64,000 nucleotides of DNA from positions 248,001-312,000 of the forward strand of contig MCFH01000042.1 of assembly GCA_002104945.1 (NCBI GenBank), given 5' to 3'. Below, in pieces: positions 44,901-56,464 of this stretch (position 1 is the first letter of the stretch; the number at the start of each line of letters is the position of its first letter). Made by a program: the position numbers and the translations under genes. The notes under the pieces were generated by a model that saw only the letters and a list, made by a program, of their open reading frames with translations, did no database searches and had not been told where the DNA came from. The stretch comes from Piromyces finnis finn (taxonomy: Eukaryota > Fungi > Neocallimastigomycota).

Positions 44901-46987
44901 CAAACCAAATCGAATTAATTAATTCAAATATTAATATGTCAATGTTGAGCTTTGTTTTACAGGAGAGAATTAATTGTCAATTATTACTTGGTTATAATAA
45001 TGAAGCATATGATGATGATGTTATGATGGTTGTTAAGCAAATTTTGTTAATCCTGGTACATCCTGAATACACTTCTTTATCCTGGACATCCTTATTTTTA
45101 GATAATTTAGTCAATGTATTAATATCATGGGCATTATATGCTGGATTAGACTGGGAGAAGGAAAATAATAAGTTGACAGACTTAAAGATTAACGAATACT
45201 TCCAATTATGGTATTTAGTTCTTCTATATGTATTACCAAAGATATCAAGTGGCAATAAAATTAAAGCACAATCAATAATTAACTTTTTATTTGATGAAAG
45301 AAATTTGAAATTTTTATTTAAAGTCGAATTCAATAATGTGTATATTAATGATAATAAGAATTCAAGTGATGTAATCTTACAAGAAAAGAGAAAAAGCTTT
45401 TTAGAAAATTTCAATGACATGTATACATCATTGGTAGAATTTTCTGAAATTATAAAACGAAACCTTAAAGATATGATATCAGATAAAGATGATGAAGATA
45501 ATTTATCGTCATTCTTTGTTAAATACAAAACAGTTGGTAAAGATAAAAAGAAGATTGAAAAAGGTCTTCCTCTTCCAATAAACTGGGTATTTAAATTAAT
45601 AGATGAAGCCTTAAAAACATACAATACACCAAAGGAATTGATTAGTAATATAAAAAGCATATTATTCTATATATTTATTGTATCCAAGAATATTTCACTT
45701 CAACAAATATTATTAAATTCACCCGTATGCCTAAAACATTTTCTTAAAGATCAAGTTATTTGTTCCTTTGGAATGACAAATGATTGGATGATGATAGAAT
45801 TAATGAAAATTTATCTGATATCTTGTGAAGGTAGTGGTGACAGTATTATGCAAGGTGAAACATATGAAATATTTAATGATATTGATATTAGCAGGGTATT
45901 AGCAGAACTCTTTAATATAATAATAAAATATGATCGCTACAGAAATAATTATATGATGAAAAGTAGAATAGTTAAACCATTATATTTAAGATTAAATAGT
46001 AATACTATTATTCAAGGTGCCTATTGCCCATTTAACAACCAATCCTCTGTATCTCTTTATAAAAACTTAATAGAACAATATAAATCTTCATCCTTTGGAG
46101 ACAAAGTATTTATTTGTTATCTTGCTTATCCTCTTCAAAGTCGCTACCTTAACGAATTTAAAGAAGTATTTTGGAGTGAAGTACAAGATGACTTTGGTAG
46201 ATTATTCCCATCCGAGACTTTATCAACTAACAATAATTTAAATCAAGAAATTAAACAAAAAATGAAGGAAATTTCTGACATCATCAATAATATTATCGTT
46301 CCTGAAAAAGATCATATTGATTTATTTAAAAGTACATTTATTAGTTGGATAAAACCTTATGAAACAAACTTGAATACCTTACAGTGTATGTTTAAATGTA
46401 TACTATCAGCTATTAATTATGAAATCTTAATAAAGAATGAAGCCAAAGAATCAGTCGAAATTATGTCAAATATTAATGATATTATATTAGAAAACAAAAT
46501 TAGTAGTAATTATTCTGTCCTTAACAATTATATAACAAAAAAGAGTTGGATATATTGGATTGCCCTTGGTCAAGTATCTCAATTTATTTATTCCAAATTT
46601 AATAAGAATAAAGCAAACCACTTTAGTTTATTGAACACTGGAATACCATTTGCGGGTACTCCAATAGCATTCAATAATAAAGAATCATTATCAGCAAATG
46701 TTTTTGATGAAGTTAAAAATAATAATGATAATTTTACAAAGGAAGAGTTAGAACAAAATTACAGTAAAATTGGTCAAATTGAAAAAGATTTCTTAAAATG
46801 TATATTTTTATCAATTAAATATACTGAAGGTTCAAGTACTAATAATGATGAAATGAAAATTTTAAATGATACTTTAAAATTCAATATAACTCATGGAGGA
46901 TTATTTGAATCTTTATTAAAAGATGTTAATGATTTAACTTATTATTCTAAAATACAAGTATTTGACTTTTTATATCAAGTTCTTTAA
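41945..46987 (+). CDS. RBA50: RNA polymerase II-associated protein RBA50/RPAP1, single 1680-aa exon
   Basis: RPAP1_N motif IHKENMNILENMSKSEILEMQKEILSKINP and RPAP1_C motif LRFDFKG...GLHHHGDDP.QAGYTLDE..YL.RSS...Q. Confidence 0.93.
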   Translation: MDNNIRRNLRNENEDDLMRMFEEFKRSGSKPSANVKRVGAPVKVSSNPPTSSMPDNTKNKKLSENKNENVIEQKKDVVDLGLNKLSSQLKTEKQKPKKKSLFAMRQLNGNKLKDVSPFTPKLPKGNVILSKDVVEKETVTATKFSKKRYYDHGFPEVTFDYPEINEIKDKIEILENNNDEINEKCECTCGSCNCNGHNHNDDHSSLLAGDKIMSNSDKEAIHKENMNILENMSKSEILEMQKEILSKINPETLKWLKERRKKKEENEENENEKKNSSKTESSTSLNSNINSSSSNTEISKTKRLLTDLLKTKLSSSNNSLSLSSSSSKTNIQDKNELNVNKYEIEPEKKAFIENSIFNTSSLEDINDVDMLKLAEKEATSKEELEKIEWMKPLGNNNEENKSDIDVKESDSEKPSVSKLRFDFKGNILEKNSNISMSKGLHHHGDDPTQAGYTLDEFLYLTRSSVFSQKSICLQALSSILTNLYSAKYNGSLSSEIMNYLMKQKSIINIRMALDDANETVIVSSLRALASFLGKTDNNSNYLLNDQEKCCFQPLHKISRCNNFNVFCLNPRNTNNYSLKISGQDIKKSLQEELLDSAPKENENSIEYHSDIVRKDIVKGLLKMSILQRLNYLLKYYPLPPSAYDDVIWILSTIALHSEKAAGEILNNKNIIYQIVDECLSINWPTDLDNDSQSNYPIINTLNFIKILCQSSRNNAQYLIDSGIMTILIRFILIGPSEVDENIYSIACLIQEYVLHIFKILVDYGLYSSSFSDIRESILKYFGSIGTKFITSTKLIDGVEEDIWRMNAHFIFLSSLFNCLMSNKPLVDDYLSFAPETLIQPFLNNIFEFLIELNTLTFESSYNDTNKFLNIQVLISNGLNMITTYLKYMAKNQFGFNNNDLQGRLSKDQLKSILDLSNMDTDKYINGVTNDFSVSLCSRLKIFKLIWNKSKLAIIKLFEIKNEKDDQTGMGNIDFLEFKHLLGWYSPNQIELINSNINMSMLSFVLQERINCQLLLGYNNEAYDDDVMMVVKQILLILVHPEYTSLSWTSLFLDNLVNVLISWALYAGLDWEKENNKLTDLKINEYFQLWYLVLLYVLPKISSGNKIKAQSIINFLFDERNLKFLFKVEFNNVYINDNKNSSDVILQEKRKSFLENFNDMYTSLVEFSEIIKRNLKDMISDKDDEDNLSSFFVKYKTVGKDKKKIEKGLPLPINWVFKLIDEALKTYNTPKELISNIKSILFYIFIVSKNISLQQILLNSPVCLKHFLKDQVICSFGMTNDWMMIELMKIYLISCEGSGDSIMQGETYEIFNDIDISRVLAELFNIIIKYDRYRNNYMMKSRIVKPLYLRLNSNTIIQGAYCPFNNQSSVSLYKNLIEQYKSSSFGDKVFICYLAYPLQSRYLNEFKEVFWSEVQDDFGRLFPSETLSTNNNLNQEIKQKMKEISDIINNIIVPEKDHIDLFKSTFISWIKPYETNLNTLQCMFKCILSAINYEILIKNEAKESVEIMSNINDIILENKISSNYSVLNNYITKKSWIYWIALGQVSQFIYSKFNKNKANHFSLLNTGIPFAGTPIAFNNKESLSANVFDEVKNNNDNFTKEELEQNYSKIGQIEKDFLKCIFLSIKYTEGSSTNNDEMKILNDTLKFNITHGGLFESLLKDVNDLTYYSKIQVFDFLYQVL

Positions 46988-47703
46988 ATTAGGAAGAAAC
47001 GAAATAAGCAAACAAACAAACAAACAAACAAAAAAAAAATAGGTTTAGTAATTTTGGAAAGAATTTTATATTTATTTATTTATCTATTATTATCATTTAT
47101 TATTATTTAGAATATTTAAGCATTTATGATTATATATATAGTTATAAAAAAATAAAATAAAATTAAATAATTAAAAAAAAAAAAAAAAAGCATCTTTTTA
47201 TAATCATTAAAAGGAAAAAGAATATTTTTTTTTAAAAAAGTTTAATTTCAATGTTGAAAATTTTTTAATTATACATTTATAATTATAATAATTAAAGTTT
47301 TAATTCAATCGAACATTTATTATTTTATATTCCAATATATATTATAAATATATTTTAAACACATTTGATTAAAATAGTTTGATTGGAAGAAAGAAATAAT
47401 TTAAAAAGAAAAATTTTCTATTTTTTTATCAATTGCACTTTTTTTTTTTTTTTTTTAATTAAAGTAAGATAAATAAAATAGTAAAGTATAATATTAAAAG
47501 TTTATTATTTTATTTAATTTTAAATTGAATCATTAATAAAAAATTAATTATATTGATGATACAATACTTATAAATTGAATATATTCATTAAATTAGTATA
47601 TATTATGTTTATATAAGTGAAAAACAAAATAATTATATTTACAGTAAATTTTCTTGTTTTTTTAATTTTCCAATAATTATAAATATTAAAAGAAAACATC
47701 AAA

Positions 47704-48171
47704 ATGGCAAAGAAGAAGGGAAATAATAAGAAGACTCAAAACCAAATTAAGGCTAAATTACAAGCCCAAAAAAAGTATATATCTATTATATATATTTAAT
47801 AAATAATAAAATAAAAAAACCATTTATATTAAAAAGTAGGGAAGATGAGAATAAAATAAAATAATAATAAAAAAAAAGAAACAATTTAAGATGATAGTTA
47901 AAAATTCATACACATATACATACATATACATACGCACATATAAATATTCATTAGTTATTACTATTAATATATAATTGACTAAATAATATATTAAAATGAA
48001 GAAAGAAAAATATAAAAATTATTTTAAGAAAAGTATTCTTAAAAATTCATTTTATTTAAATAATTAATTATATTTTATGTAAAAATGATATTACCACTAT
48101 TTTCATATTAAGATAAATAAAAAGTTATATATAAAAAAGAAATTCTAAATTTTTTAAAATCATTTTAATAT

Positions 48172-48225
<54 letters not shown>

Positions 48226-51200
48226 GGGAAGTTGAAGAACAAGAAGAAATTAATATTGAAGGACTTACTTTTGAAGAATCAAAACCACAAGATGAAGTCA
48301 AATTTAATCAAGATGAAGAAGGTAATGATTTAGGTGGTTTAATGTCTATGGTTGCAAGAGCTAACAAAAATAAGAAGAAGAAGAAGAATAGAAATGATGA
48401 TGTTGAAGATGCTGCTGAAATTTTAGCCAAACTTGATGCTAAGGAACAAAGTGATGATGAATTTGTTATTCCAGGTATTGAAAATCTTAAGGGTGTAATG
48501 GATGATGAACCACCAAAGCCAACTAAACTTAAGTCTAAAAAGGAAAAGGAAAGAGAACGTAAGGAACGTCAAAAACAAGCTAAGAAGGAAAAGGCTAAGA
48601 AAGAAAAGGCTGCTTCTCAAAATACATCTAAAGCTTCTACTCCAGAAGCTTCATCACCAGCTTCACCAGCTTCACCAGCTCCAGCTGCTAAATCTAAGAG
48701 AAAGGGTCCACCAGTTGCTGCTTTAAGAGCTATGATTGAAAAGCAAAAAGCTATGGAAGAAGAAAGAAGAAGATTAGAAGAAGAAGAAAGAAAGAGAATT
48801 GAAGAAGAAGAACGTCTTATCGCCGAAGAAGAAAGAAAGAAGGAAGAAGCTAAACAACTTAAGAAAGAAAAGGAAAGAGTAAGTATTTTAATTTAAAAAA
48901 ATAATATAGATTGTAAATAATTTGTAGTATAGAAATAATCGTTTTTAATGAGCAATTATAATAAGGAGTGATGAAAAGATGATTAATTATTTTTAAATAA
49001 TGAATATTACATTTTATAATATTAAATTAAATGAAATAAAATAGTTAAAGAAAGAAAAATTGAAGAAGGAAGGTAAATATTTAACTAAATCTCAAAGAGA
49101 AGCTCAACAAAGAAACAAATTAAAGCTTCAACAAATGTTAGAACAAGGTGTTACTATCGCTGCTTTTGAAAAGAAGGATGGAGAAAAGAAGAAGAAGGTT
49201 GTTTATGGTAAGAGAAAGAAGAACAATAAGAAGGGACAAAACTCACAACCAGAATCAACTGAAGTTTCCTCAAAGGAAGAATCAGTTAAAGAAGAAGTTA
49301 ATAAGGATGATGATGTTAAGGATAGTTGGGAAGACTTTTTAGATGATGAAGCTGAAGTTGTTCCAATTCCAGCTCCAAAGAAGGAAGTTAAGGATAGTTG
49401 GGATGATGAATCCGAAGAAGAAGAAGAAGAAAAGGAAGAAGAAAAGAAGGAAGAAAAGAAGGATGAAGTTAAGGAAAGTTGGGATGATGAAGATGAAGAT
49501 GAAGATGAAGGTAATTATAAAAATGTATTTAATAGTTTAAATGGCTTAATATAATATACTAAAGATTTATGTTAAAATATTTATTAGAAGAACCAAAGGA
49601 AGTTCCACAAAAGAAATCTAAGGATACCAAGAAACAAGAAGAAGCTGAAGATGAAGAAGATGAAGAAGATGAAGAAGCTAAACAAAAGAGAAAGGAAGAA
49701 TCTGCTCAACGTAGAAAGAAGCGTATGGAAGATGCTTTACAAGCTAGATCCAAGAATGATTTACGTTCACCAATTTGTGTTGTTCTTGGTCACGTAGATA
49801 CTGGTAAGACTAAATTATTAGATAAAATTCGTCAAACTAATGTACAAGATGGTGAAGCTGGTGGTATTACTCAACAAATTGGTGCCACTTACTTCCCAAT
49901 GGAATCTATTAAGGTTAAGACTGCTAGATTAAACAGTGATGGTTTCGAATACAAGGTTCCAGGTTTATTAGTTATTGATACACCAGGTCACGAATCTTTC
50001 ACTAATTTACGTTCACGTGGTTCATCTTTATGTAATATTGCTGTATTAGTTGTTGATATTATGCACGGTTTAGAACCACAAACTATTGAATCAATTGGTT
50101 TATTACGTCAAAGAAAAACTCCATTCGTTGTAGCATTAAATAAGATTGATCGTATTTACGGTTGGAAGGCTATTCCAGATGCTCCAATTCAAGAAACCCT
50201 TGCTCAACAACCAAAGCATGTTATTCAAGAATTCGAAGAACGTGTTCAACACACTATTACTGCATTTGCTGAACAAGGTTTGAATGCAGTTCTTTCATAC
50301 AACAACAAGAACTTCTCCAAGTATGTTGCTCTTTGTCCAACTTCTGCTCATACTGGTGAAGGTATTCCAGATCTCTTACGTTTATTAGTTAAGTTAACTC
50401 AAGAAAGAATGGCCAATGATTTAATGTATCTCTCTGAATTAGAATGTACTGTTCTTGAAGTTAAGGTTATTGAAGGTCTTGGTACCACTATTGATGTTAT
50501 TTTATCTAATGGTAAGTTACATGAAGGTGATAGAATTGTATTGTGTGGTTTGAATGGACCAATTGCTACAAATGTTCGTGCTTTATTAACTCCACAACCA
50601 ATGAGAGAATTACGTGTTAAATCCGCTTACGTTCACCACAAGGAAGTTAAGGCTGCTCTTGGTGTTAAGATTGTTGCTCAAGATCTTGAAAAGGCTATTG
50701 CTGGTTCAAGATTATTAGTTGTACAACCAGGTGATGATGAAGATGACTTAAAGGAAGAAGTTATGTCTGATCTTGTTAACCTTCAATCCGCTATTGATAA
50801 GAGTGGTAAGGGTGTTTGTGTCCAAGCTTCTACTTTAGGTTCACTTGAAGCTTTATTAGAATTCTTACGTGAATCTAAGATTCCAGTTTCTGGTATTAAT
50901 ATTGGTCCAGTCCACAAGAAGGATATTATTAGAGCTAGTATTATGCTTGAATCTCAACCAGAATATGCTCAAATATTAGCTTTTGATGTTAAGGTTGATA
51001 AGGATGCTCAAGATCTTGCTGATGAAATGGGTGTCAAGATTTTCAAGGCTGATATTATTTATCACTTATTCGATCAATTCACTAAATACATGGAAGAAAT
51101 CACTGAAACTCGTCGTCGTGACCAAGCTCCAAGTGCTGTATTCCCATGTATGTTAAGAATTGTTCCAGGTTGTGTCTTCAACAAGCGTAATCCAATTGTT

Positions 51201-51545
51201 ATTGGTGTTGATGTTATTGAAGGTCAATTAAGAATTGGTACTCCATTATGTGTTGTCAATGCTGAAAACCAAATTGTTCCAATTGGTAAGGTTATTGGTA
51301 TTGAATTAAACCACAAGGCTAAGGAAGTTTGTAAGAAGGGTGATCCAGCTGTTGCTATTAAGATTGAAAGTCCAGTTTATGAAACTCCAAAGATGATTGG
51401 TAGACACTTCTTTGAAAAAGATACTCTTTACAGTCGTATTACTAGAGCTTCTATTGATATCTTAAAGTCCACCTTCCGTAACGATTTATCTAGAGAAGAA
51501 TGGGCTCTTGTTATTCAATTAAAGAAGATTTTAAAGGTTGATTAA
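47704..51545 (+). CDS. FUN12: Translation initiation factor eIF5B (IF2 orthologue); 4 exons, ~1048 aa
   Basis: Exons 47704-47774, 48227-48878, 49045-49510 and 49588-51545 are in frame. G-domain [53 protein letters not shown]. Charged N-terminus with DSWDD repeats. Confidence 0.97.
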
Positions 51546-52213
51546 GGTGGTGGTCATTTCAATTTTTCTTTTTTTTAAATTATTTTCTAATTTAATTTAT
51601 CTCTATATATTTTGAATTTTTATTTTTTTTTTTCTTTGATGTATAAGGTGTAAAGGTTGTCTTTATTTTCATTTTTCTCAATATCCAATTCAACCCAAAA
51701 CCTACCAGAAAAAAAAAAAAATGTAATTATTCACAAAAAAAAAAAAAAAAAGCATATAATATCTGTTGTATCTATTATATTATTTAATAGAAAAAAAAAA
51801 AAAAAAGAAAGAAAAATAACCATTAAAAAATACATTTTTTAAATATTTTTTTTTTTTTCTTTTTAAATTTTATATATCATCATTTAAATAATAATTATAA
51901 TAATAAAAAAAAAAAAAAAACATTTTTTAAAAATAAAAAAAAGTTGTCTTTTTTTTTTTTTTTTTTTCAAATTTTCCTATAAATATTTATATAAAAAAAA
52001 AAAGAACATCAAGAAAATCATCTTACTATTTTTTTTATTGGCAATATGGAACCGATAAAAAAAAAAAAAAAAAAAGAAATTATTACTAACAAGAGGAGAA
52101 AAAAAAAAAGATAATAATTATTTATCCTAGATTGATTGATTGATTGATTTTTTTTCTCCTCCTTTCTCAATTGTTTATACTATTAGTAAAAAAAAAAAAA
52201 AAAATAAAAGTGT

Positions 52214-52250
<37 letters not shown>

Positions 52251-52770
52251 CTTGTTTTTATATACATATTATTTTTTTTTTAAAATTTTGTTCATTTTTA
52301 TTGAAAAATAAAATAAAAAAATGATTTTCTCTACATGGATGGTGACATGACATTTGCCCTTGTACATAAAAAAAAAAAAAAATAATTTAAAAATTTGTAA
52401 TTATCGTTGTAAGAATAAAGATAATAATAGTAAAAAAAAAAAAAAGTTTTTTTAAAAAAGGTTACTTTTGACAAAAAAGATTCTTTTTTTTTTTTTTTTT
52501 TTTTTTTATGTAAATATAATTTATTTATATAAAAAAATTAATGAAATAATAATAATAATAATAATAAAAACCATTCTATTATTTAAAGAATGTTTTTTAT
52601 TTTTTGTATTGATAAAACTGTTAATATAATAATAATAACAATAGATTAAAAAAAAAAAATTAATAATGAATTAAAAGTTGAATAAAAATTTTTAGTGCTA
52701 AAAAAAGGTGAAATAAAAAAAAAATTATAAAACTTCAATGCTATTTATATATCTATTAGGTTATCTAGAT

Positions 52771-55700
52771 CTATTTTTCAGTGTTTATTGTTGATGGGGG
52801 AATATTGGTATTTGTGGTAACTGGTGGTGGATAAGGAGTTGCTGTTGTATTCATTGTATTTGGTAAATTTGAGTTTGGGTTATTTATTGAATTATTATCA
52901 TTTATATTCATACCATTATTGGTTGGTGGTGGTATGGTTGATGGATAGGTTGGGTTATTCATTGGCATGTTATTATTTACATTCATATTATTATTTATTG
53001 GTTTTATAGTGTTCATTGGCATATTTGGATTATTATTCATTCTATTATTTATGTTATTCATATTGTTATTATTGTTTACATTTATAGCATTCATGCCATT
53101 AGGCATATTTTTATTCATATTTATTGGATTCATATTATTATTGTTCATATTCATAGTGTTTCTATTATCATTACCCATATTGTTACCCACCATATTATTC
53201 ATACTACCATTACCCATATTGTTTATATTCATGTTATTGCCATTCATATTATTATCATTATTTGTATTATTTATGTTATTACGAAGATTGTTATTATTCA
53301 TATTATTACTCATATTAGTATTCATGTTGGCGTTCATTGGTGTTATCATAGGTCTACCATTTTGGTTCATATTATTCATTAGGTTCATGTTATTTAAATT
53401 ATTTACATTGTTCATATTATTCATAGGCATATTCATAGCTACATTTCGATTCATATTATTCATATTTGCATTCATATTCACATTCATTGTATTATTCATA
53501 GAATTCATGTTGGTGTTATTTATATTGTTTCTTTGATTCATAGGCATATTCATCATCATAGCGTTGTTATTATTATTGTTACTATTATTACCGTTATTTT
53601 GATTATTATTCATAATATTATTATTTGAATTTTGGACATTATTGGCCATACTATTTTCATTATTATTATCTTGTGGGTTTATGTTGATCCCTTTTAACAA
53701 ATTTATTTCATTGGTTAAATTTTTAATATGTTCAATGGCTTTATAATTTTTATGAAAAAAAAAAAATTAAATAAAAAAAAAATGGGTTAATTTAAAAAAA
53801 AAAAAAAACTATATTAATAAATATAAAAATAGAATATAAAGTTTAAAATTTTTTTTTATTTTCATTGAATAAATAAAAACAAATACTACCTTTAGATAAG
53901 ATTTCCCATTTACTTGATTTGGAATTTTTATTAATTGGAAGACACTTTCTCAATTCTTCAAATAATCCTTTCATTTCCTTTCTACGTTTTCTTTCTGCTA
54001 ATTTATGAGAAATACGTAGTTCTGGTGATCTTGAATAAGGTGATTCCTTTACCATACGGGTAGTAGTCATATTATGCATTCGCATATTAATATCAACTGA
54101 ACCACGATGTCTTACATTGTAATTTGGAGGTAGATGTTCAGAAGGTAAAACAGGCATAGATGCTCTACGATTAACAACTGGTGGAGGAACGTTAGGATTA
54201 CCACCTTCTGGGATTGGTGAATAATTACCTGTTTGAGTATACATTTCATCTGAATAAGATTTTGTGGTATAGTATTCAGGATAATTACCATTATTAATAG
54301 TTTGATTAGATGGAGAAGAAGACATTGTATAGCCACTATTACTATTAAAGTTTTGTTGATACATAACATTTGGTGGCATATTATTTGTCATAGCATCATT
54401 CATTGGAGAGGATTCAGGAATAGTACTTAATGTCTTTATGCTATTATCCATATTGTGGTTTCTTTTTAAATCTGGTATTGGTTTTCCAACCGATGGATTA
54501 TAATAATTCGTTTCTCCACCATTTTTATTATCCTCGTTATTACTATCTAAAGAGTGGATATATGGTTCTGTCATGGAAGTTCTTCTCTTATTAATATGAT
54601 TATCCTGATCTGATGAAATGTTGTTATCCATTTCCTTTCTCTTTTTAGGATTGATAGGAGGATAATAAAAGGGATCATATGGGGCTGGTGGTTGTTGTCC
54701 TTGTGGTTGGGATGGGTTCTTTGCAATATCTGGTTTACTATTATATGGTATTGATGGATTCTCGTTGATATATGAATTTTGGGCATTACTATTTTGATTT
54801 ATTGGTGGATAAGAATTGATTTGTCTTTGATTGTTATTGTTGAATGCCATAGGTGATGATGTATTATTATTATTTACTTGCATATAATTGCCATTATTAA
54901 TGGAATGAGAGTAGGTATTTGAAGTATTTTGCATTGGTGAGGAATGATTTCCATTATCCATAGCTTTTGTACCATTATTATAAGGCATAGGATAATTATT
55001 ATTATTATTATTATTGCTGTTGTTATTATTATTAATGTTGTTGTTAATACCATTGTTACTATTGATATTGTTGTTGTTATTAATACTATTATTATTCATA
55101 TTGTTGTTATTATTGTTATTATTGTTTATGACATTGACATTATTATTAATAGGGTTATTATTATTGGTAATTGTTGGGGTAGTAGTTGTGGTAGCAGTAT
55201 TGACATTTAGAGATGAATTCGAATTATACATGGTATTGTTAGCATCATTGCTATTGTAAACAAAGGAGGATGAATGCCCATTAGTATTGTTAGGAGCGTT
55301 ATTTAAATTATTATCATTATTATTTTTATTAAAGTTTTCAGAATTATATACAGCAGAGGCCAATGTAGCAAGATGAGATAAGCCATTAATATCATGTGGT
55401 GGTAGATTTACTTTAGCATCGATATTGATAACAGAATTCATTGGGCCTGTCGTTGCATTTAGTGCATTTCTATAATTATTTACATTTTGATTTGGAGAAG
55501 GTCCATTTGTATTTCCATTAGTATTTCCGTTATTAATAGTAGTAGAGTAATCATTATTTTGGTTATTATAGGTATTGGTATTAGAAAAGTTATTATTGAA
55601 TGAACCGTTATTTTGGAGGTTTTGGTTTTGATTTTGATGTTGATTTGGAGCAGCTTGATGAGGATGAAGTTGATGATGTGATAATGGTGGATTATTATTG

Positions 55701-56464
55701 TTATTATTATTGGTAGGATCATTGAAGTTTGAGGTTAAATGGGATGAGTCATGATTTGTATTCTGTTGATTTGATGAATTAGGGCTAAGGTAAAGAGTAC
55801 GATCAATATTTCCATTTCTTTTGTTGGAAGTTTCATTATCCCCGTTATTTGAACGTTGGGTAGGTGTTGCTGGATTTTGCGAATAGGAAGGATGTTGAGA
55901 AGTGTAATTTAAGTTTGGAGTTTGAGCTGCTGAATGATTAACAGAAGACGGAGTCATTTGCTGTGGTGGACAGGTTGGATTCATTTTTGGTTGAGAAGAA
56001 GATTGAGATTGAGGGGTAGGAGGAGCTTGGGTATTCATTGAAGTTTTATTATTAAAATTTTGATAATATTTATTTGCTTCTATTGTTGGGGAAGATGATA
56101 CAGAACTTGAATTACTATAATTCACATAAGAATTTGGTGTATTGGTTGAATAATTTTGATTTGAGTTTTGATTAGACATTTGAGTGTTATTATTATTGGT
56201 ATTATTATTATTACTATTATTACTATTATTACTATTATTATTGTTATTGGTATTATTATTGGTATTATTATTATTGGTATTATTATTATCAGAATTTGAT
56301 TTTGAATTGTTTTCGTTTATATTTTTATTATTTGTTTCTGTTGATGCGTAATAGGTATTATTATTTGGTATGGATACCATAAAATTTTCTTTTGAATTTG
56401 ATTTTATAGGACTATTTGAAGTATTATTATCTGAATTATTTAAAACATTTACAACCGCTGCCAT
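52771..56464 (-). CDS. bHLH transcription factor (Esc1-like) with Asn-rich N-terminus and Met/Asn-rich C-terminus; 2 exons, ~1180 aa
   Basis: Exon 1 56464-53890, intron 53889-53739 (GT-AG), exon 2 53738-52771. Spliced bHLH reads [34 protein letters not shown]...SSKWEILSK|AIEHIKNL, the S. pombe Esc1-type pattern. Has RRxS PKA-type sites. Confidence 0.9.

Noticed and set aside
52967-53536. 189-aa very hydrophobic ORF (looks like a membrane protein)
   Set aside because: Antisense shadow of the Met/Asn-rich exon of the bHLH gene (ATG/AAT read in reverse give Ile/Phe/Leu/His codons).
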